NCBI GenBank assembly: GCA_002269645.1
Contig: NIVC01000326.1
Coordinates: 1 to 64,000, forward strand
Origin: Macrostomum lignano
Taxonomy: Eukaryota
DNA length: 64,000 bases
Reading direction: 5' to 3'
In this document: one piece after another, positions 43,878 through 56,090 of the stretch
Position numbering within the stretch: position 1 is the first letter of the stretch
How the letters are laid out: each line of letters starts with the position of its first letter
Notes under the pieces: model-generated
Database searches by the model: none
The model's input: the letters and a program-made list of their open reading frames with translations, nothing else
What the model was told of the DNA's origin: nothing
Position numbers and translations under genes: made by a program

Positions 43878-45769
43878 CTAAACTGAACAAACTTCACATT
43901 GCTGCTGAGTTTGAGACCTTGGTTAGTAAGTGCACTCCTCGTTCTTGTACTCAGGATGGGGGCCCGCACCGCTTGCATGACAATTTTAGGAATCGTTTGA
44001 TTGTTGTTTTTGACCAGTTTGTGTCTAGGGCTCAGAACAGCATTTCTAGTAAGCAGAACAGGCTTTTTCATCAGACGCTGAAGCAGCTTAAAGGGAATGA
44101 CAATATCAAGGTTGTTGGCTATGACAAAGGCTACGGCGTTGTTATCATGGATAGTGATGACTACAAGAATAAGCTTAATTGCATTGTGCAGGATCAGGCT
44201 AAATTTCAATGTCTTGGAACTGTGAGTGAGGTCACTATGGCTCATCCTGTTCTCAAGGCTGAGAGATCTCTTCAGACTTTTTTGAGGACCCATGCCAAGC
44301 AGCATCTTAGCAATGAGATTATTAAGCGCATTATGCCGAATGGCAGCCAACCTGGCCAGCTGTACGGCCTTTGCAAAGTTCACAAACCTGACAAACCGCT
44401 GAGACCGATTGTGTCTATGATTAACACTGCTGAGTATGAACTGGCCAGATACTTGGATTCTCTGATCAAACCATGCATACCAAAGGAATTCTCCGTCAAC
44501 TCTAATTGCCAGTTCATTCAAGCCTTGAGTCAAATCAGTCCGAAAAGTGAGGATTTTCTCTGCAGTTTTGACGTGACTTCGCTTTTTACCAATGTCCCTT
44601 TGAAGCTGGCTATTGATCTCGCCACTGATCATGTGTACAATATGAATCCGCCTGGGTTACCAAAGACTGTGTTCAAAAAGTTGTTAGGCTTCGCTACCTC
44701 TGGCATCTTCATGTTTGATGACAAATATTATCGCCAGATTGATGGTTGTGCCATGGGAAGCCCGCTTGCTCCTACTCTGGCCAATGTTTGCATGGCGCAC
44801 TGGGAAACGGAGTGGATGTCGCTTGAGTGTGCGCCAACTTTCTACAAGCGCTATGTTGATGACACTTTTGTCATTTTTGATGACCGGGCTAAGTACCAAG
44901 AGTTGTTTCGGGCTCTGAATTCAACCCACAGCAACATCCAATTCACCGTTGAGATGGGAGGTAAAAAACTTCCGTTTCTCGATGTTGAGGTTGATCTGAG
45001 CAGTGGCCAAGTCTCTACTCGGGTTTATCGCAAGCCCACGTTTACTGGTTTACTGTTGAATTTCAATGCCCTCTGTCCGAAACAGTGGAATATTGGCCTG
45101 ATCCATTGTATGCTGCACAGAGCTTACTCTCTGTGTAGTTCCTGGGCTGCGTTTGATGAGGAGGTGACAAATTTGACTAGGATTTTCAGTATGAACGGAT
45201 ACCCAAAAAATCTCATTAGTCGGTTGATTTTCAAGTTTGTCACTGATAAGGTTACTGGCAGACTGCAACAGAATCATAGTAAAAAGCCGGATGACCCCGT
45301 GATGATCTTGCCGTTCTATGGTATCCCGTCTATCTTGTTGAAAAAGAAGCTTGAGAGATCTTTTCGGAAATGGTACAACACTCCGATTAGGATTGTCTTT
45401 CGCACTGCCAAGGTGGGTCAATTTGTCAGCAATCTCAAGTCCCGTGTTCCTCGTGCTCTGGTTGCAGGTGTCGTCTATAAATTTTGTTGTTCTGAAGATC
45501 AGAATATCTCTTACGTGGGAAAAACCAAAAGACACCTGCACACCAGAGTTAGGGAGCATTGGCTGAAAAAATCTGCTATCCAGGACCACCTTCTGGAATG
45601 CAAGGGCTGCTGTGACAGAGAACAGATTGAATTGTTTAAAATTATCGACCGTGCTAACTCTGAATTCAAGCTTAGCATTCTTGAAGCGCTGCACATCAAA
45701 GCTCAAAATCCCAGTCTCAATGTGCAATTGCTACATAGTGGTGCGGGCCACCTTCTTAGGGTGTTTTGA
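43878..45769 (+). CDS. PLE RT/GIY-YIG polyprotein, N-terminally truncated
   Basis: LYGLCKVHKPDKPLRPIVS, SFDVTSLFTNVP, GCAMGSPLAP, RYVDD, LPFLDV; VVYKFCC..SYVGKTKRHLHTRVREH endonuclease. Confidence 0.93.
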
Positions 45770-45822
45770 GTTTGACTATTTTTTGTTGCGCGTACATTTT
45801 GTTTTTTTTTTACATCTGTTTG

Positions 45823-45861
<39 letters not shown>

Positions 45862-45994
45862 TTCTCGCTTAACTCCAACCCCTAGTTTTTTATGTTTTTC
45901 GTACATTGGTTACCCTCCCGTTTTCAATTTGACACTTGAGATAGTACAATCGTTTGCTTATTTATATTGAGTGTTTCGTTCAGTGATAAAATAT

Positions 45995-46033
45995 ACCCTG
46001 ACGACGGCCCTAGTGGGTTGAAACGCGTTGGTT
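45995..46033 (+). ncRNA. Minimal type I hammerhead ribozyme of the PLE 3' region
   Basis: acc-CUGACGA-c-ggccc(uagu)ggguu-GAAAC-gc-GUU-ggu: both core boxes, stem I acc/ggu, palindromic ACGCGU stem III; predicted cut after 46029. Confidence 0.8.
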
Positions 46034-46265
46034 TTCGCCATAAATGTTGATCTTAAGCTTTATTTATATACATGCAACTGTTATAAGCCCTGTGTAAAAC
46101 CTGATTACGTGCTCTGCTCTGAGTTTGACGATGACGTCTACAAAATATAATCCAATAAGTAAACTGTAAGTGGAAAAAACTTGACACGAATATTTATAAG
46201 TCCATAAAGTCTCTCTTGGATAAAGATTAACATCGACAGAAATAACTTTTGCAAACTTTGTTGCC

Positions 46266-49200
46266 TCAAAGGATGAGCATTTCGATCTCTTTCAGCGAGT
46301 AGTACGGACCGAACGGCGACTTCCAGATCACACCTTGAGCGCGCGGGCCACCAATGGCTGACGAGAAATCGCGGTACTGTCCGTTCGGGTGCGTGTTGTG
46401 GCAGTCAGCGAACCACCAGGCTCCGAAGTAGCGCGAGCCGCAGTTGTCGGAGTGAACGTCGTGGTCGGCGTCCTTGGTGGTGAACTGGAAGTCGTTGCTT
46501 CTGGCCAGCGAGTCGCCGATGCCGGCGCTGCCGGAGAAGCCGGACACGCTCAGCCGGTAGTTGTCAGACTCGGGACCTACGGAGAAGCTGGAGTACTCAG
46601 CCCAGTGCTCAGAGTCGTTCCAGGCCTTCATCAGAATCCTCAGCTTCCGAGGACCAGAAGCAGTGAGATCGTGAAGAGTGTTGAGACCTACATTGAGAAA
46701 AATAACTAAAATCATTATGATGTTCCATCCTCCTAATACTAAAACCGACGCGATGTTTGTCCTAATACTAAAACCGACGCGATGTTTGTCTGTCTGTCTG
46801 TCTGTATGTAGCAAGTGAACTCCTACAATACTGCCAAGTCAGCGTCGAAACTTATATGGGAAAACTGCAAATTTTCCGGAGCAGGCTTTAGGCTATTTTA
46901 ATTTTTAATTTTCACATTTTAACATCCCTAAAAACGCAGAAAACTGCTTTTTTAACCCCCAATAACCTTCTTTGGCCACTCTGACTGGGGCTGCAGCCAG
47001 TTTGTAAAAATAGCCACCCCTACCTCCGCCCGCGGGCCGCTGTGTATTGAGGGGTGGTGGGTGCGCGTGTTCTGCGTTCAATGCAAATAAAACCCCCCGC
47101 GTATTGGGGGGTCGAGTTAAATTTAATGCTTCCCCCAGAACGGGGGTTGGGCTTGGGCTGAGTGTACATAGCAGTTGTACAGTGTAAATAGATAGAACTG
47201 TGTCGAGATTCAATTGGTTTTATTTTTGGCGCCTTTTTTCTCTCCATAGGCTAGATTGACTGACTGACTGTGAAATCAGTTGCGCAATGAATTGATTCAA
47301 TTAGTTTAATATTTTTATCAGTGCCTTTTAACACGAAGCAGTGCGTAGTTCTAACCCTAACCCTAACCCTAACCCTAACCAATGAATCCGGAGAGTTGAG
47401 TTGTTTGACGGAAAAAATTCGATTGAGTCCAGTTTAGCAGAGACGATTTCAATGTTTTAATTTTGACGAAGAGGATTTCTGTTTCGTGGAGAGGATTTCG
47501 ATGGTGTTCAGTTTCGTGGAGAGGATTTCGATGGTGTTCAGTTTCGTGGAGAGGATTTCAATGGTGTTCAGTTTCGTGGAAAGGATTTCGATGATGTTCA
47601 GTTTCACGGAGAGGATTTCGATGATGTTCAGCTTCACGGAGAGGATTTCTGTTTCGCGGAGATAATTTATGATTGATTTCTGTTTTATGGAGACCATTTT
47701 GATGGATTTAAGTTTCAAGGAGAGGATTTCGAAGGAGTCCAGTTTCACGGAGAGGATTTCGATGGTTTTCAGTTGCACGGACAGGATTTTTCTGCTTCGC
47801 GGAGAGGATCTTGATGGATTTGGCATCTTCAATCAGTCAGAGAAGAGAGTAAAGAGAAGAATGAAAAGAGAAGAGAGATGAGATGATAGAAAACAGAGTA
47901 GAAATGAGTGGAGAGATTAGACATGACAGATGGGAGAGAAGAGGGGAGTAAGGCGGGAACGAAGGAGAGAGAAGAGAAGAGGAGAGAGGAGATGAAGGGA
48001 GAGGATATGAGAGAGGAGATGTGAGATAGCAGAGAGGAGACAGGAGAGAGAAGAAAGGAGGGATAAGAGCGTACAGAGGCAATAGAAGAGAGGAAAGAGA
48101 GGAGAGAGGTGAGAGGTGAGAGGAGAGAGATGAAAGATCAGAGATCAGAGATTTAAGAGAAGAAAGTAGTGAGGAGAAAGAAGAGGGTAAAGATGAGAGT
48201 GCAGAGAGGAGAGAAACGAGATGAGACAGGTGGTAGAAAGGAGTGTAAAAACAGCAGATAAGAAAGGGGAGGGTGAGAGTGAAAGCATATAGGAAAGTGT
48301 AAAAGGGGAGCAGAGGAGAGAGAATAGATAAGTGAGTAAAGAAGAGATATGAGAGAGGAAAGACGAGGGGAGAGAGGAGACAGGAGAGAGTAAATTTGAA
48401 AGACCTGGGAGAAGAGATAAATAAGATAGTACAGATGAGAGGAGAGAGAGGAGAGATGAGAGATGCAATGAGAAAAGAGATGAGTGAGAAAATAAGAGAG
48501 AGAAGAGATTAGAGATTAGAGAAGAGATGAGGGGAGATGAGAGGAGAGAAGAGAGAATGGAGAGGAGAGAAAAGAGAGGAGAAGAGACAGGTGATGCAGT
48601 AGAAAGGAGGGAAGAAAAATGGGAGATAAGAAAGGAGAGGTTGAGAGCGTATAAGAGATACGAGAAATGAGAGCAGAGAGAAGAGAGAAAAGGGAAGAGA
48701 GAAAGTAGAGCGGAGACGATAGATAAGTGATTAGAGATGAGATATGAGAGAGGAGAGAAAAGGGGAGAGATAAGATAGAAGATAGGAGAGTAAACAGGAG
48801 AGGGAGAAGAGAAAGACGAAAGACGAGGGAGAAGAGATAAATAAGGGAGTAGAGATAAATAAGAGAGTAGGGGTAGAGATGAGATGAGAGAGAGGAGAGA
48901 GAAGCGAGTCACGATAATAGCGAAGAGAGGAGAGAGTAGATATGAGAGACGTAAGAGTCTTTGAGCTATGGTCTTTTAAAGGTTTGTAAAGAATTTGGAG
49001 ACGATTTGGAAGATGGGATTCAAGACATGGAATTTCAGTTGATGGATAATTCAGGGAATGGAATTCCGGTGATGGGAGTTCTTCCCCTTTCTCCTCCGAA
49101 GGAGGAGTTCCACTCGTTCCATCCAATATACTAAAAATGAAAATCTTGCTTGTTTGTTTGTTTGTACGCAATCGATTAGAGAAAAAATGGCTGGACCGAT

Positions 49201-51798
49201 TTTCATGAGACTTGCACTGTTCGATCAGAAATTTTCCCGTGACGGTACATGCATCGTGGCTAAGAAATTGCTCGATGCTAAAGGCATAAAATATTCGAAA
49301 AACATGCTTTTTTGCAAAGGTCAAGCAAACTTTTCGACTTGAAATGCATTGTAAGAATGCTAGAGAAAAAACTGACTGGTTGATTCTGATTCTGAAATAG
49401 ATTGCATCATAACTGAATTGTAACTCCGACTTGAATTGAAAATGCAGTGTGGAAGCGTAGCACCAGACTTGATTTAAATTGCGTAACCATATGATTATGT
49501 CATAACTGCTTCGTGTGATTTACTCTATGCTTGGAGTTTTGAAACTTATAATTATATTATAGAAGTGCTAAAATTCATGTTATCAAAACGATGAGAGCTA
49601 GCCTAGAGGTAAACGGACTGACTGCTAAATGCAGGGACGATGGTTCGGATTTTTAGAGAGTTTTTTTAATTAAAGTTTTTTAACGCCAAAAAAACTAAAA
49701 AATCATGGAAGCGTCATGTAAAAAATCATAAAAGCGTTATGTAAAAAATCATAGAAGCGTCATGTAAAAAATCATAAAAGCGTTATGTAAAAATCATAGA
49801 AGCGTCATGTAAACAATCATAGAAGCGTCATGTAAACAATCATAGAAGCGTCATGTAAACAATCATAGAAGCGTCATGTAAACAATCATAGAAGCGTCAT
49901 GTAAAAAATCATAGAAGCGTCATGTAAACAATCATAGAAGCGTCATTTAAACAATCATAGAAGCGTCATGAAAAATCATAGAAGCCTCATTTAAAGACTA
50001 ATGAAAGTGTCATTTAAAAAATTAAGAAGCATCATGGTAGAATAAAAGAAGCGTCATGTCAGACATGAAGGTGTCATGTAAAAATTAAATGCAGTTATAA
50101 TGCTGTGCTGGGGAGAAAAACTGAGACGTAAAGGCTCTCAGAGAATAACTGAGATTACGGGGGGGGGGTGGTTCTGAGATGTCAAAGCAAAAGTCAGAAG
50201 CTACTTCAAAGTTCATGTACTTTACTCAATTTTTTATTGCATTCTTTGTTGGCTCGCCTCGGGGGGAGGCGCTGATAGAAGAAGAGTCATGTAAAAAATA
50301 AAAGTAGCACTAAGTATACATAAAAGAAAGGTCATGTCGAAGTTAAAAGATTCATTTGGGAATTGCTACGATGTCAAAGCTTGGTGGAAATCGTTATAGT
50401 GCTGTGATTCTTAAAGAAGGAATCACTAAAATGTCAAGGCTTAGGGGAGAAGAATTGCTGAGATTTCAAGGCTTTAGGTTGGGTTAAAGTTAGGTTTAGG
50501 TCAGGTGTGGGTTGAGGGTTATATTTTATCGGGTTTCAAGGTTAACAGGGGATTTTTTAGATTTCAAGGTTTATGGGGGCCATCACTGACATGTCAAGGC
50601 TTACGGGGGGAATAGCTGAGATGTCAAGGCTCACTGGGGTATAAATGAGATTTCAAGGCTAAAGCCAGAAGCTACATGTAGTTTATTGAAAACTTTTTAT
50701 TACATTATTTGATGCCTCCTCAGGGGAGGGATCGCTGATAAAAAAAGCGTAATGTAAAAAATAAAAGAAGCTTCATGTCGAAGTTAAGAGATTCATTTGG
50801 GAATCCCTACGATGTCGAGGCTTGCAGGGAATCGCAATAATGCTGTAGTAGTGCTATAATGACTCTTAGAGAGAATTACTGAAATTTCAATGCTTTAGGG
50901 TTAGGTTATGGTTAGGGTTAGGGTTAGGGTTAGGGCTAGGGTTAGGCTAGGGTTAGGGTTAGGGTTAGGTTTGGATTAGGGTTAGAAGGTTGACAGATAT
51001 TTTTAGATTTTCAAGGCTTATTGGGGGCATTGCTGAGATGTCAGGGGGGGAGTTGATATGTTAAAGCTTGTGGGGGGAATTACTGACATGTCAAGGCTTA
51101 CAAGGTTTGACAGGAGATTTTTTAAGATTTCAAGGATACATGTAGCTTATTAAAAAAACGTGTATTGCATTTCTTTGGCTCCCCAACGGGGGGCGTAGAT
51201 TGCTAGTCACTTAGCTAAAAATTGCAGACAAAGAAGCAATGCCAATAAAAAGCTTATAGAACCATACAAATGGTTACCTATCCAGTAGTTTCCGTCGGGT
51301 CCCTCGCCGAACTCGCTCTGGTACTGAGTCCAGTTGCGGTAAAAGTCCACTGAGCGGACACCCTGTGCTGCACGGTGGTGCAGCAGCCACTGCCGGCTGT
51401 CTGCAAGGTGACACAACAGGTGTGCCAGGTTACCACGCGTTAAATTGTGGTAGTAATGCTACATATCTAACAGAGTAACCCACCCACACTCGCTGAGCCC
51501 CCTTGTTCGCATTGCGGCACTTCCTGCAGTGGCTCAGGCCCAGGCGACACCTGAAGTGAGCGCACAGGCCGGAGCTGGCGTTGAACGCCACCAGCTGCAC
51601 AGTGGAGTCGCCGCTGGCAGCTGCTGAGCACTTGATTTCGGACTCAACGAAAAGCGACCTCACTGCCTCGTAGTCGAAGAGGCTCTCGCGACTGGAATGC
51701 CACGTCTGTACAGAGGAGGCGGCTCCGGTCACGTGACGCGGGACTGCAGCGAGCAGCAGCAGCAGCAGAGCGACTTGACGAGCGGGTTGTAGCTGCAT
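46266..51798 (-). CDS. Fibrinogen-related gene copy B: signal peptide, PAN-like module and FReD, three exons; 1-nt frameshift in exon 2
   Basis: Exons 51798-51484, 51400-51278 and 46687-46266 with GT-AG; exon 2 is 123 bp against 124 bp in copy A (TCCGCTCAG vs TCCGGCTCAG) and has W->C in the WTTVQ motif. Confidence 0.82.
46728..47010 (+). mobile_element. Non-autonomous Helitron-like fragment
   Basis: a|TC start, ctaatactaaaa.. then (gtct)n, with the first ~30 bp duplicated; palindrome GGCTGCAGCC near 46990. Confidence 0.45.
47351..47380. repeat. Interstitial telomeric repeat (CCCTAA)-type, 5 units
   Basis: ctaaccctaaccctaaccctaaccctaacc. Confidence 0.9.
47460..47815. repeat. 30-bp tandem repeat (gttcagtttcgtggagaggatttcgatggt)n
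   Basis: Degenerate tandem units. Confidence 0.85.
47825..48960. repeat. GA-rich low-complexity polypurine tract
   Basis: Plus strand dominated by A and G for ~1.1 kb. Confidence 0.92.
49122..49330 (+). mobile_element. Non-autonomous Helitron-like 5' end
   Basis: a|TCcaatatactaaaaatgaaa..(gttt)n..ctggaccgattttcatga matches the common 5' pattern of invertebrate non-autonomous Helitrons; right end not defined. Confidence 0.55.
49700..50000. repeat. 23-bp tandem repeat (aatcatagaagcgtcatgtaaac)n
   Basis: Direct tandem units. Confidence 0.92.
50895..50985. repeat. Interstitial degenerate (TTAGGG)n
   Basis: About 15 exact or variant hexamers; a more decayed copy at ~50475-50520 lies in a locally duplicated block. 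Confidence 0.88.
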
Positions 51799-52096
51799 TT
51801 GTTCTGAATATGGAGTAGTGGGTGAAAGCCGTCACCTCACTGCGGAGTTCCAGGTCTGGTGAGATAATACTTGTGAGGAAGACGGAGGGATGCAGAGGGC
51901 CGGATGTAGAGTGCGGATGTAGAAGGTGGATGTAGAAGGCAGGTGTAGAAGGCGGATGCAGAGGGCGGAGGCCCAGCTCATGTCCTTTGCTCAACAGACT
52001 CACCAGCTAAGCTGACTCTGCCGTGATCTCTCAGCATTTGCAAAATTCAGTCCGCAGTCGCACAGCAGGCAGACCTTGCAATATAAAAGCCCCAAG

Positions 52097-52310
52097 TCAG
52101 AAATATACAATAGCTGCGGTCGCCATGGCAACCAGGCAGCTACAGCTTTTAACAGGGGTTGCCTCTCTCAGAGGCAGTGGGGATGGCTCTGCAGCTGACT
52201 GCAGTTCATTGAAGTCACACAGGCTGTATTCGAAGGCGCTGAGTCCGTCTTGGATTGCGGGGCGCATCTGGTGGCTGCAAAGCCGCCGCATTTGCTTCGG
52301 GTGGCCGAGG
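52097..52310 (-). pseudogene. Possible decayed PAN-like exon
   Basis: Acceptor-like ctcccag, then TRSKCGG/LCSHQ..EYSLCDFNE with a frameshift; weak resemblance only. Confidence 0.25.
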
Positions 52311-52399
52311 CCGCTGGGAGTTCACCATGGGCGAATTATGAATGATGCAAAGTTTGGAACGATAGAAGAGTCGAGAGTTGAGAGTAGTAAGACTCCTGT

Positions 52400-52695
52400 G
52401 TGGTTCACCAGTAGTTTACCAATGGTTCACCAGCAGTTTAGCAATGGTTCACCAGCAGTTTAGCAATGGTTCACCAGCAGTTTACCAATGGTTCACCAGC
52501 AGTTTAGCAATGGTTCACCAGCAGTTTACCAATGGTTCACCAGCAGTTTAGCAATGGTTCACTAGCAGTTTAGCAATGCTTCACCAGTAGTTTAGCAATG
52601 GTTCACCAGTAGTTTAGCAATGGTTCACCAGTAGTTTAGCAATGCTTCACCAGTAGTTTAGCAATGCTTCACCAGCAGTTTAGCAATGCTTCACC
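52400..52695. repeat. 22-bp tandem repeat (ggttcaccagcagtttagcaat)n
   Basis: Direct tandem units. Confidence 0.93.
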
Positions 52696-54229
52696 TGCAC
52701 TGTTTCGCACAATCCCTGAGCAGTTATCCACAAATCTCCATATTTCTCAATAAATCGAAACTTAAAGTTTGCAACTTTCAATTATAATTTGATTTGAATT
52801 CGTCTTATACATATTACTTCATTGCATAAGTCAGATTAGCACAGCTTCCCCGAATTACTACCCTCCCCCAGATTCCCCACTCCCCACAGCTCAGCACTGC
52901 TCCCCCAGGTTCGTAATACTCTCTGCGAGTTTGCACTTCTCACAGCAGATTAGCACTGCTCTAGAAGATGAACGCAGTCCCAAAAATCTTTAAATTAAAC
53001 TAAAAAATCCGCATGGGTGACAATCATTACAGAGATCAACTCTCTGCTTCAATGCAGACTGCCAATGATAAGCCAATGAAGAAAAGCCTTTAATAGAATT
53101 TTTCTTTTTTGGGCGCATAGTCGAGAAGTCACGAGCAGTCAGTTACTGGTTGAGTAAACACGCTCATGCGAGGTTAGTGCTCAAATTAATGAGTTAGCTG
53201 ACTCATTGCCTTAAACTCTGACTTCCGATGAGCATCATTGTTTAAAGGCTCATTCACACCGCCATCAAATGAGGCCAATTTTTTTCGAGGGATCACACAA
53301 AAGAGGGCTCGACCAGCAGTATGATGATCATCACCTACAAAAATTACATGATACGCTGATACTGTGCTGTTTGTACTCTAGATTTTTGCAATTCCTATGT
53401 ACGAGTAGTTTAATCATTGGAATCTTAAAATCAAAGTTTAAATTAGTGATGCAAGATACGCTTTACAATGGTTGCATTAAAATTGGAATTCTAGGTAATG
53501 GCCGGCCATTGCCATTGTCATGAAGAGAAATTTTGGGCAATGTCAGCATGCAGTCGAATTATTACAGCTAGCTAATCCAATTTGCACACGAATTTCGCCG
53601 ATTTACTCCAAACTAACGCCAACTGAATTTGGCTTACATGTATGCACCAGAGGCAAGACTGGCCCATTTAAAGCGTTTGTATGAAACAACTCAAGCAAAC
53701 AGGTGCAAATCTGGTACCTGTGAATTGGCTATCTTATATCGATGAACTGTGCGTTTGGCTGCTTAATTTATCTTTCCATTTTACACCCTCCCCCTCCACT
53801 GAGCTGATCGATTCCTATTTATAAGTACAGTACTTCTCTGCTGTGTGCGTCATTCATCGAAACCACTCAATTCTAAATACAATATGAAAGACCAACGTGT
53901 CACTTTAGAATAAGGATTGCAAAATCCCTGTTTTTTGCGATCCCGGAATTTGGCCAATCCCGATATTCAGTTCCGCGATCAGAAAAATACTGATTTTTAA
54001 GCTTCTGGGTTGAAATTGTAAGTCTAAATATGCGCTAAACGTTTTTTGCTTCTGTTTTTTATTGTTATATAGTTAATGATCTATTTGTAGATTAAAAACA
54101 GCATTATCTTGTGACGTATTTAAGTAGCTTAAAAGTACTACTATATTAGTAGTTAAGAAGCAAATCTAATCAAAATTTACATTGCATTAAATTTTACATT
54201 TAAATCTTTGATGCCACAAATTACAAATG

Positions 54230-56090
54230 CGATATACATGTATGTATCGTGTACTGTTAAAGCTTATCTGTCGAATGTACAGTATACAGTATAAAGTAGA
54301 AACGTGTAGAAAGAAAAGTATTAATAAAGTTCCAGAAGCTCTAAATTGACTCGATCTACTGAGACTATCTACTCTCGCTCTCACACAGCATCAGATACTA
54401 GAGCAACTAGCAACTACAAGGTACCAGGTACCAACCAACCAAGCGGAAGCTTATCAACTACCAATCAAAACCAATTACCAAGTCTGTCCATTAGGTAATT
54501 TGAAAAACGAAAACGAAAATTCTGACAGACAGGTTTAAAAAGACGCCACGCGACGTGAGGCAAATAACGGAAATTAGCACGCAGTATAATAAACTAGTTT
54601 TGGGCCCAAGTATGTTCATACTACAAAACTTTCTATAAAAAAATAAAAACAATTTTTTTCCTGGGATTTCAACAAGGTTGAGACTGCCGAGGCCAAGCGT
54701 GCTATCTTTCTTACTGCCATTAGTGAGAAGTACTACAAATTGCTTCGCGACTTGTGTCAGCCACAGAAACTGACTTAAAAATATCGAAGAGCTGCACGAC
54801 ATACTAAAGAAGCATTGCTCGCCCGAACCTTCGGAGGTCGCCGTACGTTTCAAATTTCAGCAACGTCTTCAGCAAGATGGTGAATCTTTCGCTAACTTCT
54901 TGGCAGGACTGAAAAACGCTGCAAACCATTGCAATTTCGGTGGATGCCTTCAGGAGCGACTTCGAGATCAATTTTTGTTCGGAATGAGAAGCGACAATTT
55001 CCGCTCTAAGCTACTCGAGAGTTCGGATCATTCGTATGCTGGGGTGATCAAACTGGCCTTGGACCTCGAAGCTGCTCACAAATCGTCAATCGTCAGTGCG
55101 AATCCCTCAGTGGCGGCCCGAGAGCGCTGCAACACACACTGCTCCCGCTGGATCAGCATCCAAGCCAGGCACCTGCGACAGCTGTGGAGGTCTGCATTCG
55201 CGTCAGAACTGTAAATTCCGAAACTCGAAATGCCATGCTTGCGTGAAGGTTGGCCACATTAGGAAGGTTTGCAGCTCAGCAAAATCTGTGAAACTCCTGG
55301 AGGAGAATAAAACCGGGTCGCAGTACGATGAAGAAAACTACGAGGAGGAGCCAATATTTCATGTCTCAATGACTTCCAAGTCCCCGATTCTGATACCCCT
55401 GCAAATCGAGGAAGTGCAATCTCAATTTCGAGCTGGACACAGAATCTGCTGTAAGTCTCGTTCCCAAGACATTCTATGATAACCATCTGTCTCTCACCTG
55501 CGACTGCATCCGTCCAATACGACTCTACGAACCTACACGGACGAGGAGTTCTCTCCAATCGGAGAAGTAACAGTGAAGGTCACTTACGGAGGACAGGTGG
55601 CTACTGGTGGTGTCTGAAGGCAGCGCTCGACTCCTGGGACGCGACTGGCTAACCGTCATCCGCCTATAGACTGGCCTCTCTTGACGGCACCCACCAACTC
55701 GGTGATGGCAGTGATGATGGCACCTAACGATATGGCCACTGAGCTGGTCTGTCAGTTTCTGGATGTCTTCGCCGAGGGTCTCGGTAAGTATCGCCTCAGT
55801 GAAGTCGATCTCCATTTACAAGAAAACACAACGCCAAGTTTTTACAAAGCGCAAACGATTCCCTATGCTCTGCGCGAGACCATCGATTTAGAGCTTCAGC
55901 GCATGAAATCAGAAGGAATCATCACTGCAATAGCGGATTCTCGATGGGCTGCCCCGATTGTGCCAGTAGTAAAGAAGGACGGTTCTGTACGAATATGCGG
56001 AGACTACAAGAGACTAGCACATTTAACTAGGTCGCAAAGCAAGAGCACTACCCACAGCGAGGGGATCGAAGATTTATTTGCGAGACTTGG
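54230..56090 (+). mobile_element. Degenerate Gypsy (Mag-like): probable LTR, gag, protease and start of RT, with several frameshifts
   Basis: AIFLTAISEKYYKLLRDLC, NHCNFGGCLQERLRDQFLFG, CDSCGGLH..C..CHACVKVGHIRKVC, FELDT, RWAAPIVPVVKKDGSVRICGDYK across frames; outer boundaries approximate. Confidence 0.88.

Larger units (their letters stand above)
43878..46140 (+). mobile_element. 5'-truncated Penelope-like element (RT plus GIY-YIG endonuclease); 3' boundary approximate
   Basis: Open frame to 45769, then a 3' region with a (CT)n tract and a hammerhead motif. Confidence 0.92.

Noticed and set aside
42685-44632. ORFs 42685-43569 (+) and 43502-44632 (-)
   Set aside because: Antisense shadows of FReD A and the PLE; no in-frame PLE-FReD fusion because a TGA lies just upstream in the FReD frame
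48145-49324. 255-aa and 197-aa Leu/Ser ORFs
   Set aside because: Largely translations of the polypurine tract
50895-50985. True chromosome end or telomere fusion
   Set aside because: Short, degenerate and inside an intron of a continuous gene
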